Positions 28,733-39,215 of a stretch of 64,000 nt of DNA are shown piece after piece. Position numbers and translations under genes: made by a program. The stretch lies in the NCBI GenBank assembly GCA_964457245.1, contig CAYWET010000006.1, forward strand, positions 21,098 to 85,097, read 5' to 3'. Source of the DNA: an uncultured Chryseobacterium sp. Lineage in GTDB: Bacteria > Bacteroidota > Bacteroidia > UBA10329. The notes beneath the pieces were generated by a model that was not told where the DNA came from, did not search any database, and saw only the letters and a list, made by a program, of their open reading frames with translations. How positions within the stretch are numbered: position 1 is the stretch's first letter; every line of letters starts with the position of its first letter.

Positions 28733-29608
28733 TTAGAAAACAATATAATCCACCGGATTCACTGGCCGTCCATTGAACCAAAGTTCGAAATGAAGATGTG
28801 GACCTGTGGTCAATTCCCCAGAGTTTCCTACTACGGCAACTACTTCGCCAGCTTTTACGGCATCGCCCGTTTTCTTCAGAAGAACAGAGCAGTGTTTGTA
28901 GAAAGAAGTGAGATTGCTGGAGTGCTGAATGGCAATCACGTGGCCAGAATCATACGTCCAAGAAGAGAAGATGACGGTGCCATCCAAGCAGGCCTTAATC
29001 GGTTCGTTTTCTTTCGCCACAACATCAACCGCAAAGTGCTGGTCTTTTGAATCAAAACCAGCGGTAATATCACCCTTCAAGGGCGCGAAAAAGAAGATGT
29101 CGCGTATGTTCATCTCCATAGATTGTTTCGCCCCGAACTGAATGTTCTGGATGTTGTAACGCTCTTCCTGTTCCACCATAGCGCGTAGCAACGAATCCTG
29201 CTCAGATTGCCGGAACTCAATGGCATCGTAATTCTTAGTAGTGTCTGGCTCTTGGGTTTCCTGATCTGGTGTCTCACCAGCAATGATCATGTTGATGTTT
29301 TTCAAGTACTGATCTTTCATGGCCAGTTCTCGCTCCAACGAATCTGCACGCAGCGTATTTACTACCACCTGATTACGAAGGTTCGTGTCAGAATAACCAG
29401 GAATGTACTCTCGCAAAGGCGTAAAAGCAATGATGTAAGTAATCAGAACAATAAGGAAAATGGCCAAGGAACCACCGAAAATGATAACGTTGAGTGGGGT
29501 AAGCAACAGGCTGGCTTTTTCCTTGAACGTCTCTTCGTTCATCACAACCAAGCGGTACTTGACCCGAAGACGGTTGCGTAGCTTTTTCTTTGTTTCTTTT
29601 TCTGCCAT
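28733..29608 (-). CDS. M23-family metallopeptidase with an N-terminal TM anchor
   Basis: HxxxD...GNSGELTTGPHLHFELW zinc-binding motifs. The start was taken at MAEKETKKK. The six-frame ORF extends to 29674. Confidence 0.75.
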   Translation of the reverse strand: MAEKETKKKLRNRLRVKYRLVVMNEETFKEKASLLLTPLNVIIFGGSLAIFLIVLITYIIAFTPLREYIPGYSDTNLRNQVVVNTLRADSLERELAMKDQYLKNINMIIAGETPDQETQEPDTTKNYDAIEFRQSEQDSLLRAMVEQEERYNIQNIQFGAKQSMEMNIRDIFFFAPLKGDITAGFDSKDQHFAVDVVAKENEPIKACLDGTVIFSSWTYDSGHVIAIQHSSNLTSFYKHCSVLLKKTGDAVKAGEVVAVVGNSGELTTGPHLHFELWFNGRPVNPVDYIVF

Positions 29609-29741
29609 GAAAGACCCAAATATCGGAATGATTGTCGGTACAACTAAGCCTGTTACCTTTGCCGTTCGGCCCAAGGCTGAAATGTATGCTGAAAATGAAA
29701 TATTTTTGCGCTTCGTCAGTTAGGGCTGTGCGCATACTGTT

Positions 29742-32363
29742 TTGAACCGTTTCAACCGATATATATCCCTTCCGTTTCTCGTTGTTGGACTAACGCTTGT
29801 TAGCGGGTGTTCGACCAAGAAGAAGAACTTTTTGAGCCGAGGTTATCATAACCTCACGGCCAAGTACAATGTTTATTGGAACGGTAAGGAGGCCATGAAA
29901 GAAGGTGTGGCCAAGCTGGAAAAAAGCCACAGCGACAACTACGAAGAAATACTTGAGGTTTTCCCGATAGGAACGGCAGAATCGGCCAAGTCGGTTTATG
30001 GTGAGATGGATCGAGCCATTGAGAAAGGCGGACTCACCATCACCAAGCACTCTATGCTGATCAAAGGCAAGGAGTATGTTGCCAGCATTGATGACTCTTA
30101 CATGCTTATCGGGAAGGCGCATTTCTACAAGCGCGATTATTTGCAGGCGTTGGAGATGTTCAATTATGTGATCAAGCAGTATAAGAAGAACGACATCCGT
30201 TTTGATGGCTACATGTGGCTTATTCGGACATTTTCAGAGCTAGCACGTTTTAAGGATGGAGAAAAGATTCTGACACTTCTTGAAGAGGAAAAGAAATTCC
30301 CGAAGAAAAAGCGTGGAGAATTGGCCGCGGTAAAGGCCGATTATTACATCAAGAAAGGAGATTACGCCAAGGCGAAAGATCAGCTGAAAAATGCGATTGA
30401 GACGACCAAAAGGCGAAAAAGCAAGACACGCTATACATACATTCTTGCGCAACTCTATGAAGAGCTGAATAATCAGGACAGCGCTTATTATTTCTACGCG
30501 CAGGTGCTCAAAAAGAACTCGCCATATGTCATGGAGTTCAACGCACGCATTAACCGAGCATTGATGGCAAGCGCCAAGTCTGGGAATATTGAGGCCATCA
30601 AGAAAGAGTTGATCAAGATGTCGAAAGACGATAAGAACATCGACTACTACGATAGGATATTCTACGCCCTTGGAGACATTGCCCTAGACGAAGGTGAGAA
30701 AGACCTCGCTCTAGACTACCTAAAAAAATCGGTGGCGGCTACTACTCAGAATATGACGCAAAAAGCGGTCTCGTATTTTACCATTGCTGACCTCTATTTT
30801 GATAAACCAGAGTATGAACTGGCTTCGGCCTACTACGATAGTTCCATAGCCATTCTACCGCCCGTTCACGATGAATTTCAGCGTGTTTCTGCGCGCCAGC
30901 AAAGTTTGGCTGAGTTGGTCAAAAACATCCGGATTATTGAACGACAGGACAGCCTTTTGGAGTTAAGTCAAATGTCGGATTTGGAACTTGACGCTTTCAT
31001 TGCCGACCTGATGGAAGAGATCAAGGAGGAGGAAGAGCAAAGGAGGTTTAATGAGGCAAATGCTCAGAGCGCTCAGCAGCAGCTCAATCAACTCAATCAA
31101 AGCCAGAGTAATGGCTTACAAACAACAGGAACTGGATGGTATTTCTACAACACCACTGCACTGAGCTTTGGTGCCAACAACTTCCGCCAGAAATGGGGAG
31201 AGAGAAAGTTGGAGGATAACTGGAGACGCTCAAACAAACGATCGAATGCATTACAAGAAATTGTTAATGAAAACGGAGATACGACAGCAGTAACCACTGC
31301 GCAGCTTTTGGATCCAGAGTTTTACAAAAAAGACATTCCGCGGACTCCTGAGCAGATTGATAGCGCCAACATCAAAATCCAAAACGCTTACTACGATTTG
31401 GGGACAATCTACAAGGAACAACTTTCGGAGAATCAACGCTCTATCAACACGTTTGAAGAGTTATTGAAGCGTTACCCGCAGGGAACTTGGAACCTTGAAA
31501 CGTACTACCAGTTGTATCGTCTTTACACTGCCGAAGGCGACCAGCGCAAGGCGCAGGAGTACGCAAATCGTATTCTGCGCGAATTCCCAGACAGCGATTA
31601 CGCAGAAATTATAAAAGACCCTAAATACCTCGAAAAGTTGGAGGCAATGCGCGGTCGTTTAGGCACCATGTACGACATGGCGTTTGAGAATTTCCATAAA
31701 CAAGAATATGAGCGTGTAATTGAAGCATGCGACAGTGCGCTTACCACGTTTGATGATGACGACCTGTTGAGCAAATTCGCTCTGCTTAAGGTGATGGCTA
31801 TCGGAGCCACTGAAAAGCTGATTGTCTATCGCAAAGCGCTTGAAGAATATATTGCCAAGTACACCGCTGCGCCAGAAAAGGAGCGTGCCGAAGATCTCTT
31901 GGCCTATGTTAAGGGTCTAATGGGCGAGGGAATTCCTGATGAGCCTGTTTCCGAAAGCACTGGCGAAGAAAAGCCGAAGGAGAATGCAGATGGCTACGTG
32001 TATGACGACCAAGCCAAGCATTATTACATGCTTGTGGGTCAAGGGTTGCCGGAGCTTGCCGAAATGAAGGGGCGGTTGTCCAACTTTAATTCAACTATGT
32101 TTTCATTGGAAAACCTGTCCATCAAAAACCTCCAATATTCGTCCAACGAAGACCTCATTTTTGTCCAAGGTTTCCAAGAAACTAAGAAGGCCATGGACTA
32201 CTATAACGCTGTCCAAGCAGATACAACGGTGTTCGATGGGGTGAACCTTCAAACGGTGTCGCAATTCATTATTTCGAAAGAAAACTTCACCAAGTTCTAC
32301 CAGAAAAAACAAATTCCTCCTTACGTCAAGTTTTTCAACGAAAACTACCTGAAAGAGGATTGA
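29742..32363 (+). CDS. Large TPR-repeat lipoprotein (SprE/PorW-like gliding/T9SS-associated TPR lipoprotein is a possibility)
   Basis: Lipobox LTLVSGC. TPR-like helical repeats throughout. 873 aa. Located upstream of ileS as in many Bacteroidota. Identity to sprE not verified. Confidence 0.6.
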   Translation: MNRFNRYISLPFLVVGLTLVSGCSTKKKNFLSRGYHNLTAKYNVYWNGKEAMKEGVAKLEKSHSDNYEEILEVFPIGTAESAKSVYGEMDRAIEKGGLTITKHSMLIKGKEYVASIDDSYMLIGKAHFYKRDYLQALEMFNYVIKQYKKNDIRFDGYMWLIRTFSELARFKDGEKILTLLEEEKKFPKKKRGELAAVKADYYIKKGDYAKAKDQLKNAIETTKRRKSKTRYTYILAQLYEELNNQDSAYYFYAQVLKKNSPYVMEFNARINRALMASAKSGNIEAIKKELIKMSKDDKNIDYYDRIFYALGDIALDEGEKDLALDYLKKSVAATTQNMTQKAVSYFTIADLYFDKPEYELASAYYDSSIAILPPVHDEFQRVSARQQSLAELVKNIRIIERQDSLLELSQMSDLELDAFIADLMEEIKEEEEQRRFNEANAQSAQQQLNQLNQSQSNGLQTTGTGWYFYNTTALSFGANNFRQKWGERKLEDNWRRSNKRSNALQEIVNENGDTTAVTTAQLLDPEFYKKDIPRTPEQIDSANIKIQNAYYDLGTIYKEQLSENQRSINTFEELLKRYPQGTWNLETYYQLYRLYTAEGDQRKAQEYANRILREFPDSDYAEIIKDPKYLEKLEAMRGRLGTMYDMAFENFHKQEYERVIEACDSALTTFDDDDLLSKFALLKVMAIGATEKLIVYRKALEEYIAKYTAAPEKERAEDLLAYVKGLMGEGIPDEPVSESTGEEKPKENADGYVYDDQAKHYYMLVGQGLPELAEMKGRLSNFNSTMFSLENLSIKNLQYSSNEDLIFVQGFQETKKAMDYYNAVQADTTVFDGVNLQTVSQFIISKENFTKFYQKKQIPPYVKFFNENYLKED

Positions 32364-32446
32364 TTCTGGTCTCAATTCACCGCTTGTTACTCAGCTTCGT
32401 TTGAGGCAGTCAGTTTCTTATCTTCGCGCTCCTTTCGGAAAATACG

Positions 32447-35400
32447 ATGGCGAAGAAGTACAACGAATACAACCAATTGAACCTCCCAGCGGTTGCTGAC
32501 GAGGTACTGAAGTTTTGGGAGGATAACGACATTTTCCAGAAGAGTATTGAGACGCGTGAAGGGCACGAACCTTTCGTGTTTTACGAGGGACCGCCATCAG
32601 CCAACGGTATGCCGGGCATTCACCACGTTATGGCACGTACCATCAAGGATATTTTCTGCCGTTACCGTACCCTGAAAGGTTATCAGGTTAAGCGAAAAGC
32701 TGGTTGGGATACACACGGATTGCCCGTAGAGTTAGGCGTGGAGAAGGAGCTTGGCATCACAAAGGAGGACATTGGCAAGACCATAACCATTGCCGAATAC
32801 AACGAGGCGTGCCGTAAGGCGGTGATGAAATACACGGACGTTTGGAACGACCTGACCCGGAAGATCGGGTACTGGGTGGATATGGACGACCCGTATGTGA
32901 CGTACGACAACAAGTACATTGAAAGCGTTTGGTGGTTGCTGAAAAATCTGTTCGACAAGGGTTTGCTGTACAAGGGCTACACTATTCAGCCGTATTCGCC
33001 CAAGGCAGGAACGGGTTTGAGTTCGCACGAATTGAACCAACCTGGAACCTACCGCGATGTGAAGGATACCACGGTTGTGGCGCAGTTCCGTGCCTCTTCG
33101 TTGGATACCAAATTCGGTGGAGAAACCCACATTTTGGCTTGGACGACCACACCTTGGACGCTTCCGTCAAATACGGCTCTGGCCGTTGGGGAGAACATCG
33201 ACTATGTGGCCGTGAAAACCTTCAATCAGTACACTTCAGCACCTGTTGTGGTGGTCTTGGCGAAAGACCTTGTCGGAAAGTGGTTCAAGGCTGAAAATGC
33301 CGAATTAGCCTTGGAGGATTATCAAGAAGGCGACAAGAAGATTCCGTATCAGGTTGTTGCTGAATTCAAAGGTTCTGAACTGGTGGGAATGGCCTATGAG
33401 CAACTACTTCCTTATGCACAACCAGATGGTGAAGGTTTCCGTGTAATTGCGGGAGATTTCGTTTCGACTGAAGACGGTACGGGAATCGTGCATATTGCGC
33501 CAACATTCGGAGCGGATGATGCCCGCGTAGCGAAAGCCGCTGGCATTGGTGCCATGCTGGTGGATGACGGCCAAGGGAACATGGTTCCGTTGGTGGATCT
33601 GCAAGGGCGTTTCCGTCCAGAAGTGAGCGATTTTGCAGGCGAATACGTGAAAGCCGAGTATTACACAGATGAGGAAATTGAGGCAGAAACGAAAAAGCAG
33701 GGTCGCGACAACTACCTGTCGGTGGATGAGCGTATTGCCATCAAATTAAAGGAGGAGAACAAGGCGTTCCGAGTTGAGAAATATGTTCACAGCTACCCAC
33801 ATTGCTGGAGAACGGATAAGCCAGTTCTATACTACCCGTTGGATTCGTGGTTTGTGCGTACAACAGAGGCGAAAGACCGCTTGATTGAGCTCAACAAGAC
33901 TATCAACTGGAAACCAGAAAGCACGGGAATAGGTCGTTTTGGGAACTGGTTGGAGAATCTTCAGGATTGGAACCTTTCGCGAAGCCGTTTTTGGGGAATT
34001 CCATTGCCTATTTGGTCAACGGAAGACAAGGCAGAACGCAAATGCATCGGGTCGGTTGAAGAATTGAAAGCCGAATGCGAGAAAGCAGTTGCTGCTGGAG
34101 CGATGGATAAAAATCCATTGGCTGATTTCGATGCTGGAAACATGGATGAGGCGAACTACAAGACCTTCGACCTACATCGCCCATACATGGATGATATTGT
34201 ACTGGTTTCCGAATCGGGAAAACCGATGAACCGCGAAACGGATTTGATTGATGTGTGGTTCGATTCGGGAGCAATGCCATACGCGCAACTTCACTACCCG
34301 TTCGAGAACGAGGAATTGATTGACGGAAAGAGCAACTATCCAGCCGATTTTATTGCGGAGGGAGTTGACCAAACGCGTGGTTGGTTCTTTACCCTGCATG
34401 CTATTGGAACCATGTGTTTTGATTCTGTAGCGTATAAGAATGTGGTTTCTAACGGACTTGTGTTGGATAAGAACGGGCAGAAGATGTCCAAGCGATTGGG
34501 TAATGCGGTTGATCCGTTCGAAACACTCAAGAAATACGGCCCAGATGCCACGCGTTGGTACATGATCACCAACGCAGAGCCTTGGGATAACCTGAAATTC
34601 GACATTGAAGGAATCGCAGAAGTGCAGCGCAAGTTCTTCGGAACGCTGTACAACACGTACGGATTCTATGCGCTTTACGCGAACATTGATGGTTATGATT
34701 TCAGTGAGGCGGAAGTTCCCGTTTCAGAACGGCCAGAAATCGACCGTTGGATCATGTCCAAGCTCAACTCTCTGATCGCGGAGGTTGACGAGCACTACAT
34801 GGCGTTTGAGCCGAAGAAGGCCGGTCGCGCCATTCAGGAATTCGTGAATGAAAACCTGAGCAATTGGTACGTTCGCTTGTGCAGAAGAAGATTCTGGAAA
34901 GGTGAGCCATCTAAAGACAAATCATCGGCCTATCAAACACTTTACACTTGTTTGGATGTCAGTGCGAAGTTGATGAGCCCGATTGCACCATTCTATGCAG
35001 ATAAGTTGTTCTTGGATCTGAATGCGGTTACTGGAAAGGACAGTTCGGAGTCTGTTCATTTGGCCGAGATGCCCGTTGCAAATCAAGAATACATTGATGT
35101 GGACTTGGAAGAGCGTATGGCGATTGCGCAACAAGTAACGTCTTTGATTCTGAGCATTCGAAAAAAGGAAAGTAAGCGTGTGCGCCAGCCATTGGCAAAA
35201 GTGATGGTTCCAATTCTGAGTGAGAAGTTTGAACGTCAGCTAAAAGCGGTTGAAGAATTGATTTTGTCTGAGGTGAACGTAAAGGAGTTGGAGTACTTGA
35301 AAGAGACGGCTGGTGTCATAGAAAAGAGCATCAAACCGAACTTCAAAGCGCTTGGACCGAAGTACGGCAAGCTGATGAAGCAGATTGCCGGGGAAGTTGG

Positions 35401-35854
35401 TAAAATGGGCCAGGAGGAGATTACTAAGTTGGAATCAGTAGGAACATTCTCCATCACGATATCAGACCAGAAGGTTGATCTTACCACTGATGACGTTGAG
35501 ATTGCATCGAAAGACATTCCTGGCTGGTCGGTGGCTTCAGAAGGAGGAGTTACCGTAGCTCTTGACCTGACGATAACCGATGAATTGCGGCAGGAAGGAC
35601 TTGCGCGAGAGTTGGTAAATCGTATTCAGAACATCAGAAAAGACAAAGGTTTGGAGGTTACCGATCGTATTTCTTTGGCCATTCAAGATGGTGCAGAAAT
35701 CAACGAGGCAGTAACTAACAATCTTAAATATATTTGCGCGGAAACGCTGGCAGAGGAGCTTGAGCTCGTTTCAACATTGGATTCGACCAATTCGGTTACC
35801 GTTGAACTTGTTGACGACCTCAAAACACAGATTAATATTAGTACATTGAATTAA
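32447..35854 (+). CDS. ileS: Isoleucine-tRNA ligase (type 2)
   Basis: 1135 aa. HIGH-type motif PGIHH. KMSKS motif KMSKRLGN. Class-I editing-domain architecture. Confidence 0.95.
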   Translation: MAKKYNEYNQLNLPAVADEVLKFWEDNDIFQKSIETREGHEPFVFYEGPPSANGMPGIHHVMARTIKDIFCRYRTLKGYQVKRKAGWDTHGLPVELGVEKELGITKEDIGKTITIAEYNEACRKAVMKYTDVWNDLTRKIGYWVDMDDPYVTYDNKYIESVWWLLKNLFDKGLLYKGYTIQPYSPKAGTGLSSHELNQPGTYRDVKDTTVVAQFRASSLDTKFGGETHILAWTTTPWTLPSNTALAVGENIDYVAVKTFNQYTSAPVVVVLAKDLVGKWFKAENAELALEDYQEGDKKIPYQVVAEFKGSELVGMAYEQLLPYAQPDGEGFRVIAGDFVSTEDGTGIVHIAPTFGADDARVAKAAGIGAMLVDDGQGNMVPLVDLQGRFRPEVSDFAGEYVKAEYYTDEEIEAETKKQGRDNYLSVDERIAIKLKEENKAFRVEKYVHSYPHCWRTDKPVLYYPLDSWFVRTTEAKDRLIELNKTINWKPESTGIGRFGNWLENLQDWNLSRSRFWGIPLPIWSTEDKAERKCIGSVEELKAECEKAVAAGAMDKNPLADFDAGNMDEANYKTFDLHRPYMDDIVLVSESGKPMNRETDLIDVWFDSGAMPYAQLHYPFENEELIDGKSNYPADFIAEGVDQTRGWFFTLHAIGTMCFDSVAYKNVVSNGLVLDKNGQKMSKRLGNAVDPFETLKKYGPDATRWYMITNAEPWDNLKFDIEGIAEVQRKFFGTLYNTYGFYALYANIDGYDFSEAEVPVSERPEIDRWIMSKLNSLIAEVDEHYMAFEPKKAGRAIQEFVNENLSNWYVRLCRRRFWKGEPSKDKSSAYQTLYTCLDVSAKLMSPIAPFYADKLFLDLNAVTGKDSSESVHLAEMPVANQEYIDVDLEERMAIAQQVTSLILSIRKKESKRVRQPLAKVMVPILSEKFERQLKAVEELILSEVNVKELEYLKETAGVIEKSIKPNFKALGPKYGKLMKQIAGEVGKMGQEEITKLESVGTFSITISDQKVDLTTDDVEIASKDIPGWSVASEGGVTVALDLTITDELRQEGLARELVNRIQNIRKDKGLEVTDRISLAIQDGAEINEAVTNNLKYICAETLAEELELVSTLDSTNSVTVELVDDLKTQINISTLN

Positions 35855-35866
35855 AGACCATCGAAC

Positions 35867-36244
35867 ATGGCAGAAAAGACGAAATATTCAAAAGAAGAGC
35901 TCGAAGAGTTCAAAGGCATCATCAACGAAAAGTTGGATAAAGCCAAAGAAGACCTGCAATTGTTGGTCGATCAGCTATCACATAAAGACGATCACGGAAC
36001 GGATGATACTTCACCAACATTCAAGTTGATGGATGAAGGTTCTGAGGTTCTTTCCAGAGAAGAGATCAATCAGCTTGCAGCGCGTCAGCAGAAGTTCATA
36101 CAAAGCTTGGAAAACGCGTTGATTCGTATCCAGAATGGTACGTATGGCGTGTGTCGTGCTACAGGTAAGCTCATTGCCAAAGAGCGCTTGCGAATCGTTC
36201 CACATGCTACACTCAGCATCGAAGCGAAGAACGCTCAAGGATAA
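35867..36244 (+). CDS. DksA/TraR-family regulator
   Basis: 125-aa coiled-coil protein with C-terminal CRATGKLIAKERLRIVPHATLSIE. Sits in the conserved position between ileS and lspA. Confidence 0.65.
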   Translation: MAEKTKYSKEELEEFKGIINEKLDKAKEDLQLLVDQLSHKDDHGTDDTSPTFKLMDEGSEVLSREEINQLAARQQKFIQSLENALIRIQNGTYGVCRATGKLIAKERLRIVPHATLSIEAKNAQG

Positions 36245-36261
36245 TCCAATAAATGATTCAA

Positions 36262-36292
36262 AGAGGTCTGATTCAGGCCTCTTTTAGTTTGC
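36262..36292 (+). terminator. Putative terminator/attenuator hairpin between the dksA-like gene and lspA
   Basis: agaggtc-tgattca-ggcctct stem-loop (7 bp with one G-U) followed by ttttagttt. Confidence 0.4.
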
Positions 36293-36296
36293 AGTC

Positions 36297-36890
36297 TTGA
36301 GGAAAGCACTGACCATCATATTTTCTGTTCTACTTGCCGATCAGGCGTTGAAGATTTGGATCAAGACCAACATGGTTCTTGGTCAGGAATACGTTATTGC
36401 CGATTGGTTCATTATCCATTTTACGGAGAATGTAGGCATGGCCTTCGGAATGAGTTTTGGAGGCGAGTGGGGGAAACTTGCGCTGAGCCTCTTTCGAATT
36501 CTAGCTGTTGGTGGAATCGGTTATTATCTCTGGTACGTCACCCAAAGAGGAGCTACTTCTGCTGTGGTTGTTTCCTTGTCACTTGTATTCGCTGGTGCAT
36601 TGGGCAACATTATCGACAGCACGTTCTACGGGATTCTATTTACAGACAGTTATGGCCATGTTGCTGAGTTTTTGACGCAGGAAGGTGGATATGCTAGATT
36701 GCTACACGGCAGAGTGGTGGACATGTTTTACTTTCCTTTGTTTGAAGGGACGTTTCCAGAATGGATTCCCAAAATCGGTGGTGACCGTTTTCTATTCTTC
36801 AACGCAATATTCAATATTGCAGATGCCGCGATAACGGTCGGGATGGCACTGATAATTCTGTTTCAAAAACAGTTTGTCAAAGAAGGCTAG
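36297..36890 (+). CDS. lspA: Lipoprotein signal peptidase II
   Basis: 197 aa, 4 TM helices. Conserved FNIADAAITVGMALIIL and NxGxAFG-type motifs. Confidence 0.85.
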   Translation: MRKALTIIFSVLLADQALKIWIKTNMVLGQEYVIADWFIIHFTENVGMAFGMSFGGEWGKLALSLFRILAVGGIGYYLWYVTQRGATSAVVVSLSLVFAGALGNIIDSTFYGILFTDSYGHVAEFLTQEGGYARLLHGRVVDMFYFPLFEGTFPEWIPKIGGDRFLFFNAIFNIADAAITVGMALIILFQKQFVKEG

Positions 36891-37341
36891 TTAGGCAACT
36901 TCTTCTAACAGCAGGAAGTAGATGTATGAAGCAAGTACACCTGCAAATAAAATGGCTGTCAGCAACATGGGGTCTGTTTTGCAGCTCAATGTTAGATAAT
37001 CTTTTCCGAGGTTAGGATAAGCAGCTACCGAAGTTTTACACATCGGTTTCAACAGTTTTTCAACTGAAACGGTACAAAATCTTCAAAACTACCAAAAGAA
37101 TAACTATTAGAATTACACCTAGTAGAAAACGGTTTGAGCCCGTAAAATACTGCGGTGATTTTTGACGGTCGCTACGGTAGGCAAATACCGTTGCGCCTAC
37201 GAATAAAAGCGCAAAAAGACTAGCAAAAACCCAATGCCCTGTACCTATTTCGATAAGTAAATGTGTTTAGAGGATTGACACAAAAAAGCCTTGATTCTCG
37301 ACTGAATCAAGGCTTTCTGAAAATGTTTTTAACTACAGTTC

Positions 37342-39129
37342 TTATAAAATAACCTTTCTCGTTATAGGTTTATTGTTCACCATAGCTCTCAAAATGTAGC
37401 TTCCAGTAGCTAAACCTTCCAAGTTAATTTCATTCTTACCCTCATTAAGGTTCGAGGTTTGGTGAACAAGTTCTCCTAGTGCGTTAAACACCTCTAATTG
37501 CGCTTTTCCATCAAGTTCAGGTAAGAAAATGAATGCACTGTGGTCGTGGGCATAAAGAAGAATGTCGTCACCAGTATAAATGGGCTCTTCACCATCAAGT
37601 CTGAAATGCAATAGGAATCGTTCTGGGTCATCAGACTCATCAGCATTGAAAGTATATATTGGATTTACCGTCAACTCTTGGATCTTATCCAGCTTGAGGT
37701 CTTCCAGATAAACATGTGCCTCAACCGTAAAATCATCCAAAAGCTTAGCGGTAAACTTAAACTCTCCTGACACCCCAGGTATCAAATCCATGGGAATGGT
37801 CATAGGATGGTCATCCAAAGACAGTGAATTTATCGAGTACTCGACCCCTCTTAATCTGGTCTTCAATGTTGGTTGTGCTCCTGGAGCATCAATTTTATTG
37901 GCGTCCAGCATGGAGTCAAATCCATTTGATTCTCCATCATTGCCAAACCGAACTCTAGTTTGATCTGAAAAGGTTCCTGTTTCGACTACAATGTCAAAAG
38001 TGTTAGATAGGTCTTCTTTGTAAAATGGCGGATTCCCGAGACTTCTGTAGGTCTGCGGTAAAGCAAAACTTGAAGGGCCTGCACTAGTTCGGACAAAGAA
38101 TCCTTGGCTTGATGCAATGAGCGAACCTGGGCTTGGCAACATAGCTTGATATGTCCCAGCGTATGTTCCGTTGGTCTGCCATATCTGCGCCTGCCCATCG
38201 AAACCAGAAGGTGGTGCAAACCATACCATCGGAGACGGAAATGGATTACTCACCAAATGCCAGCCATCTCCTGTTGCGTTAGTGTTGGACAAACTAGGGT
38301 AAGTAACGGTTGTTATTTCCGAAGTATTACCAGGGGCACCACCGATTTCAATTGTCTGACCAGCATTGCCAAGAATACCGTAACCACGAGCGTTGGTCAT
38401 TGTCCCCGAGCTTCTGACATACCATCCTGACTGAGTACATCCAGGTACAGTCCATGGACCATCTTCATGCCATTCCAACATAACGCCATATGGAGAACCA
38501 TAAGCCAAGGCATAAGGAGAACAGTCTGATTGCGGAATTAGCTGACCTCCGTTCGGTCCATAAAGACCTAGTTCCGAGAGTTCGCTCACATTTGCGGTAT
38601 TTACCGCACTTCCAATATAATGGCTTCCATTGGTCGGTAACCATCTTTGCACCCTTAGGTTACCAGTTAAAGAGCCGTCATAGCCAGGGTCAGAAAAATC
38701 ATCAACTAGGCCAGTCCCACTTGATGTAGAACGAATAACGGTATTTCCGTTTGCATTCATATTACCGGAGTTAAGCCGGAGAATGTCCATAATCTCTACA
38801 GTACCAGATGTAACCGTAGCAGAAGAGCCTGATTTATCAATCTCTAAAATATCATTGAACCGGGTCAATCCGGTCACAGATTGTGTGTTTGCCCCGTAAA
38901 AAACAACCAATTCATCCACTTCCGGGGTGCCGGAGTTATTAAAATTACCGGAAATCCGAACCTCACCTGAGTTATACAGGGTACTTCCTGATCGGTTGTC
39001 ATAATTGTTGTCGACATACAGTGTAGCACCAGCCTCAACATGGAGATTTGTCTCATTAAATAATCCTTGACCGTAAGCACATGCTGTAAATCCAGCCAGA
39101 ACAGCCATTGTTAAGTAATACTTTTGCAT
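37342..39129 (-). CDS. Secreted T9SS cargo protein with a C-terminal sorting domain
   Basis: Signal peptide. C-terminal ~80 aa ...LEVFNALGELVHQ...GSYILRAMVNNKPITRKVIL match the Por secretion CTD pattern. Confidence 0.7.
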   Translation of the reverse strand: MQKYYLTMAVLAGFTACAYGQGLFNETNLHVEAGATLYVDNNYDNRSGSTLYNSGEVRISGNFNNSGTPEVDELVVFYGANTQSVTGLTRFNDILEIDKSGSSATVTSGTVEIMDILRLNSGNMNANGNTVIRSTSSGTGLVDDFSDPGYDGSLTGNLRVQRWLPTNGSHYIGSAVNTANVSELSELGLYGPNGGQLIPQSDCSPYALAYGSPYGVMLEWHEDGPWTVPGCTQSGWYVRSSGTMTNARGYGILGNAGQTIEIGGAPGNTSEITTVTYPSLSNTNATGDGWHLVSNPFPSPMVWFAPPSGFDGQAQIWQTNGTYAGTYQAMLPSPGSLIASSQGFFVRTSAGPSSFALPQTYRSLGNPPFYKEDLSNTFDIVVETGTFSDQTRVRFGNDGESNGFDSMLDANKIDAPGAQPTLKTRLRGVEYSINSLSLDDHPMTIPMDLIPGVSGEFKFTAKLLDDFTVEAHVYLEDLKLDKIQELTVNPIYTFNADESDDPERFLLHFRLDGEEPIYTGDDILLYAHDHSAFIFLPELDGKAQLEVFNALGELVHQTSNLNEGKNEINLEGLATGSYILRAMVNNKPITRKVIL

Positions 39130-39215
39130 CGTTCAGAACATTAAGAGTTCAATAGTTGAGCTAAGATAAGAACTTATAAACAACCGCAACATAGCTACAA
39201 ATTGTTCAAAACGAA

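Noticed and set aside
28725-29674. Long N-terminal extensions of the PQQ-dehydrogenase ORF (28725..28781) and the M23 peptidase ORF (29609..29674) suggested by the six-frame track.
   Set aside because: Internal Met codons are immediately followed by a lipoprotein signal (MMESYRTTLFTLISLLVLSC) and a TM anchor (MAEKETKKK...) respectively. The upstream residues have no signal-like character.
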